This document shows positions 62,329 through 64,000 of a stretch of 64,000 nt of DNA, in pieces; position 1 is the stretch's first letter, and each line of letters starts with the position of its first letter. The translations under genes were made by a program, and so were the position numbers. The stretch covers positions 12,152,001-12,216,000 of the forward strand of contig NC_087436.1 in assembly GCF_036321535.1 (NCBI RefSeq). The letters are read 5' to 3'. This DNA comes from Camelus dromedarius (Eukaryota). The notes below the pieces were generated by a model. That model was not told the origin of the DNA and did not search any database. It saw nothing but the letters and a program-made list of their open reading frames with translations.

Positions 62329-64000
62329 CAGTAAGACACTTACATTACCTGGGTATGTGTACCACTTTTGATTAGAATGTTAAAGTTGCCTTAATTATAC
62401 AAACTCCCAAAACATTTTTGTTAAGACTTCACAAGTTTATACTCTACCCTATGTGCTCCCAAAACCCCCTTCTCCCTCCCCCACCCCACAAAACAAACCA
62501 AAAACAAATCCTGAGCATTTTTCTTTTCTCTGTCTAATTTTTCAAGTTTTCATTGCATGCTGGTCGTGGTGTTGGATGTGGTAATAGGTACTTAAACGGC
62601 CAAGTGGTTCTCTCAGTCTCATTTTGCATAATTGTTCACCTCCCTGTCTGATCTGTTTGACCTCATACACTCCCTGGGATGTTATCTGGGTGCACAGGAG
62701 TAGGGGAGAGGGTTGGTTTGGACATCGTGGTCTGGGGTGAGAGAAAGTCTCCGATCTGAGCATTGGCCCTGGGTTCTCGCCGGCCTCTGCTGAGGGGTGA
62801 CCCTGCTGGTCTTGGGGCTTGCTACTGTCTCCTTTTGGCTGGTGCTCACTGTGGAAAGCAGGTCTGATCAACCTGTGTCCCTGCTGACGCCAACCCCCTG
62901 GAGTTCAATATCACAGTGGAAAATCCCAAGGTCTACAGTGCGTTCCATCTGTCCTGGTAGTCTGTCCTTCAGCTTGTCATGTCAGGACCACTTTGGCTCT
63001 GTTGCAGGAACTCCCTTGGAAATCTTACCCAGCGCCACCAGCTACCTTTGCATCCTGCACCGGGCTCGGAGAAATATCCTAATGGCCTTCCTTGCCCTCA
63101 GGGGTTGGGGAGAGCTTGGGAGCACTGCCTTGCCTGGCCCCACCTTGGAGGAGGTCCACTAGGCGGGCACTTCCCTCTCAGATCTCCAAGTGCCCGCTGC
63201 CCTCAGCATCCTCTCAGTGTGCCCGAGCCGCGCCCCTCCCCTGTACCCTTTGCTGTTTGAACACCTGGCGTGGGAGTTGGAATGCTCTTTGTGACTGAGT
63301 CTCCTGCTGCCTCTCTTACCCTTCAGATTTCTCTGAGCTTCTTTTATTTCTCCCTTCTGTTTTGCTGGAAAATCCCATAGGTCATATCTACCTCCTTCTC
63401 AAGGTGGTGTTTATCTTCCCTTTTCAAGTGCAAAATGCCTGCTGGGAAACGCTCTGCCATAGAGAAAAACACATCGATGCTTCAGAATATCATTTCTGTC
63501 CCCTCTGATACGTGACTCAAACTGACTGCACTTGTCCTGGCAACTAGGAGTTAAAAGGATGAGGCCTCCCCGTCAAGTGGATTTTAAGCACAGAAAGTGG
63601 TGTTTACAAATCAGACAGAAAGACCTTGAGTCTGGCTTTAGAAAAATGTCCCAGGGAGCTGAAGGCAGTGAGAAAAAGATTCACTTGAAAAGAAAAGGCA
63701 AGAAGCACATGAATACTTTCCTCAGATCCGGCACCACGTGCCTTTTTACTGCCTTGGTTGAGCTCATTCCAACCACCCCGGGCCACCTCCAGCCAGTCTC
63801 CTGGTGGCCTCATCCCCTTGTTAGTGGCCTCCAGGAGTCTGGTACATTTTAACGTGTTTGACACCATGGCCACTGTATCCCATAATAAAAAGGTGTAATA
63901 ATAATAAAAAAAAACAGTTTAATTAAAAAAAGGTAGTATTTCTTATTGGTTCAAAAATACATGGAAGCTAGTAATGGGAAATGGAATAAAAATGTTAGCA

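Larger units (their letters stand above)
19684..64000 (+). other. TLL1: TLL1 intron 1 (continues beyond the window)
   Basis: Donor GTGAGT at 19684-19689; no exon encoding the expected continuation (AVFWGDIALD) was seen downstream. Confidence 0.85.

Overview
This is mammalian genomic DNA, most likely camelid: two copies of a Vic-1-type tRNA-derived SINE and camelid-type L1 3' ends are present. It is not a microbial locus. The only protein-coding sequence I can support is coding exon 1 of TLL1 (tolloid-like 1 metalloprotease; 19515-19683, + strand, signal peptide plus start of the prodomain). It sits in a CpG-island promoter and is followed by more than 44 kb of intron 1; I could not find exon 2 in the window. 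The rest is AT-rich non-coding DNA rich in L1, L2, MIR, hAT DNA transposons and solo LTRs. Almost all ORFs in the supplied track are spurious or L1-derived. I found no convincing new multi-gene system. The most notable unexplained structures are: a 43-bp near-perfect inverted repeat pair 1.2 kb apart upstream of TLL1; a 103-bp retrocopied mRNA 3' end with perfect 17-bp target-site duplications (TSDs); a sense-oriented intronic solo LTR with six CCAAT boxes, an octamer, a TATA/CArG box and a polyA signal; an L1 whose 5' terminus is fused directly to mid-ORF2; three uORFs in the likely TLL1 leader; and an apparent AT-to-GC shift in exon 1. Repeat family names come from recalled consensus sequences, and old-repeat boundaries are approximate.
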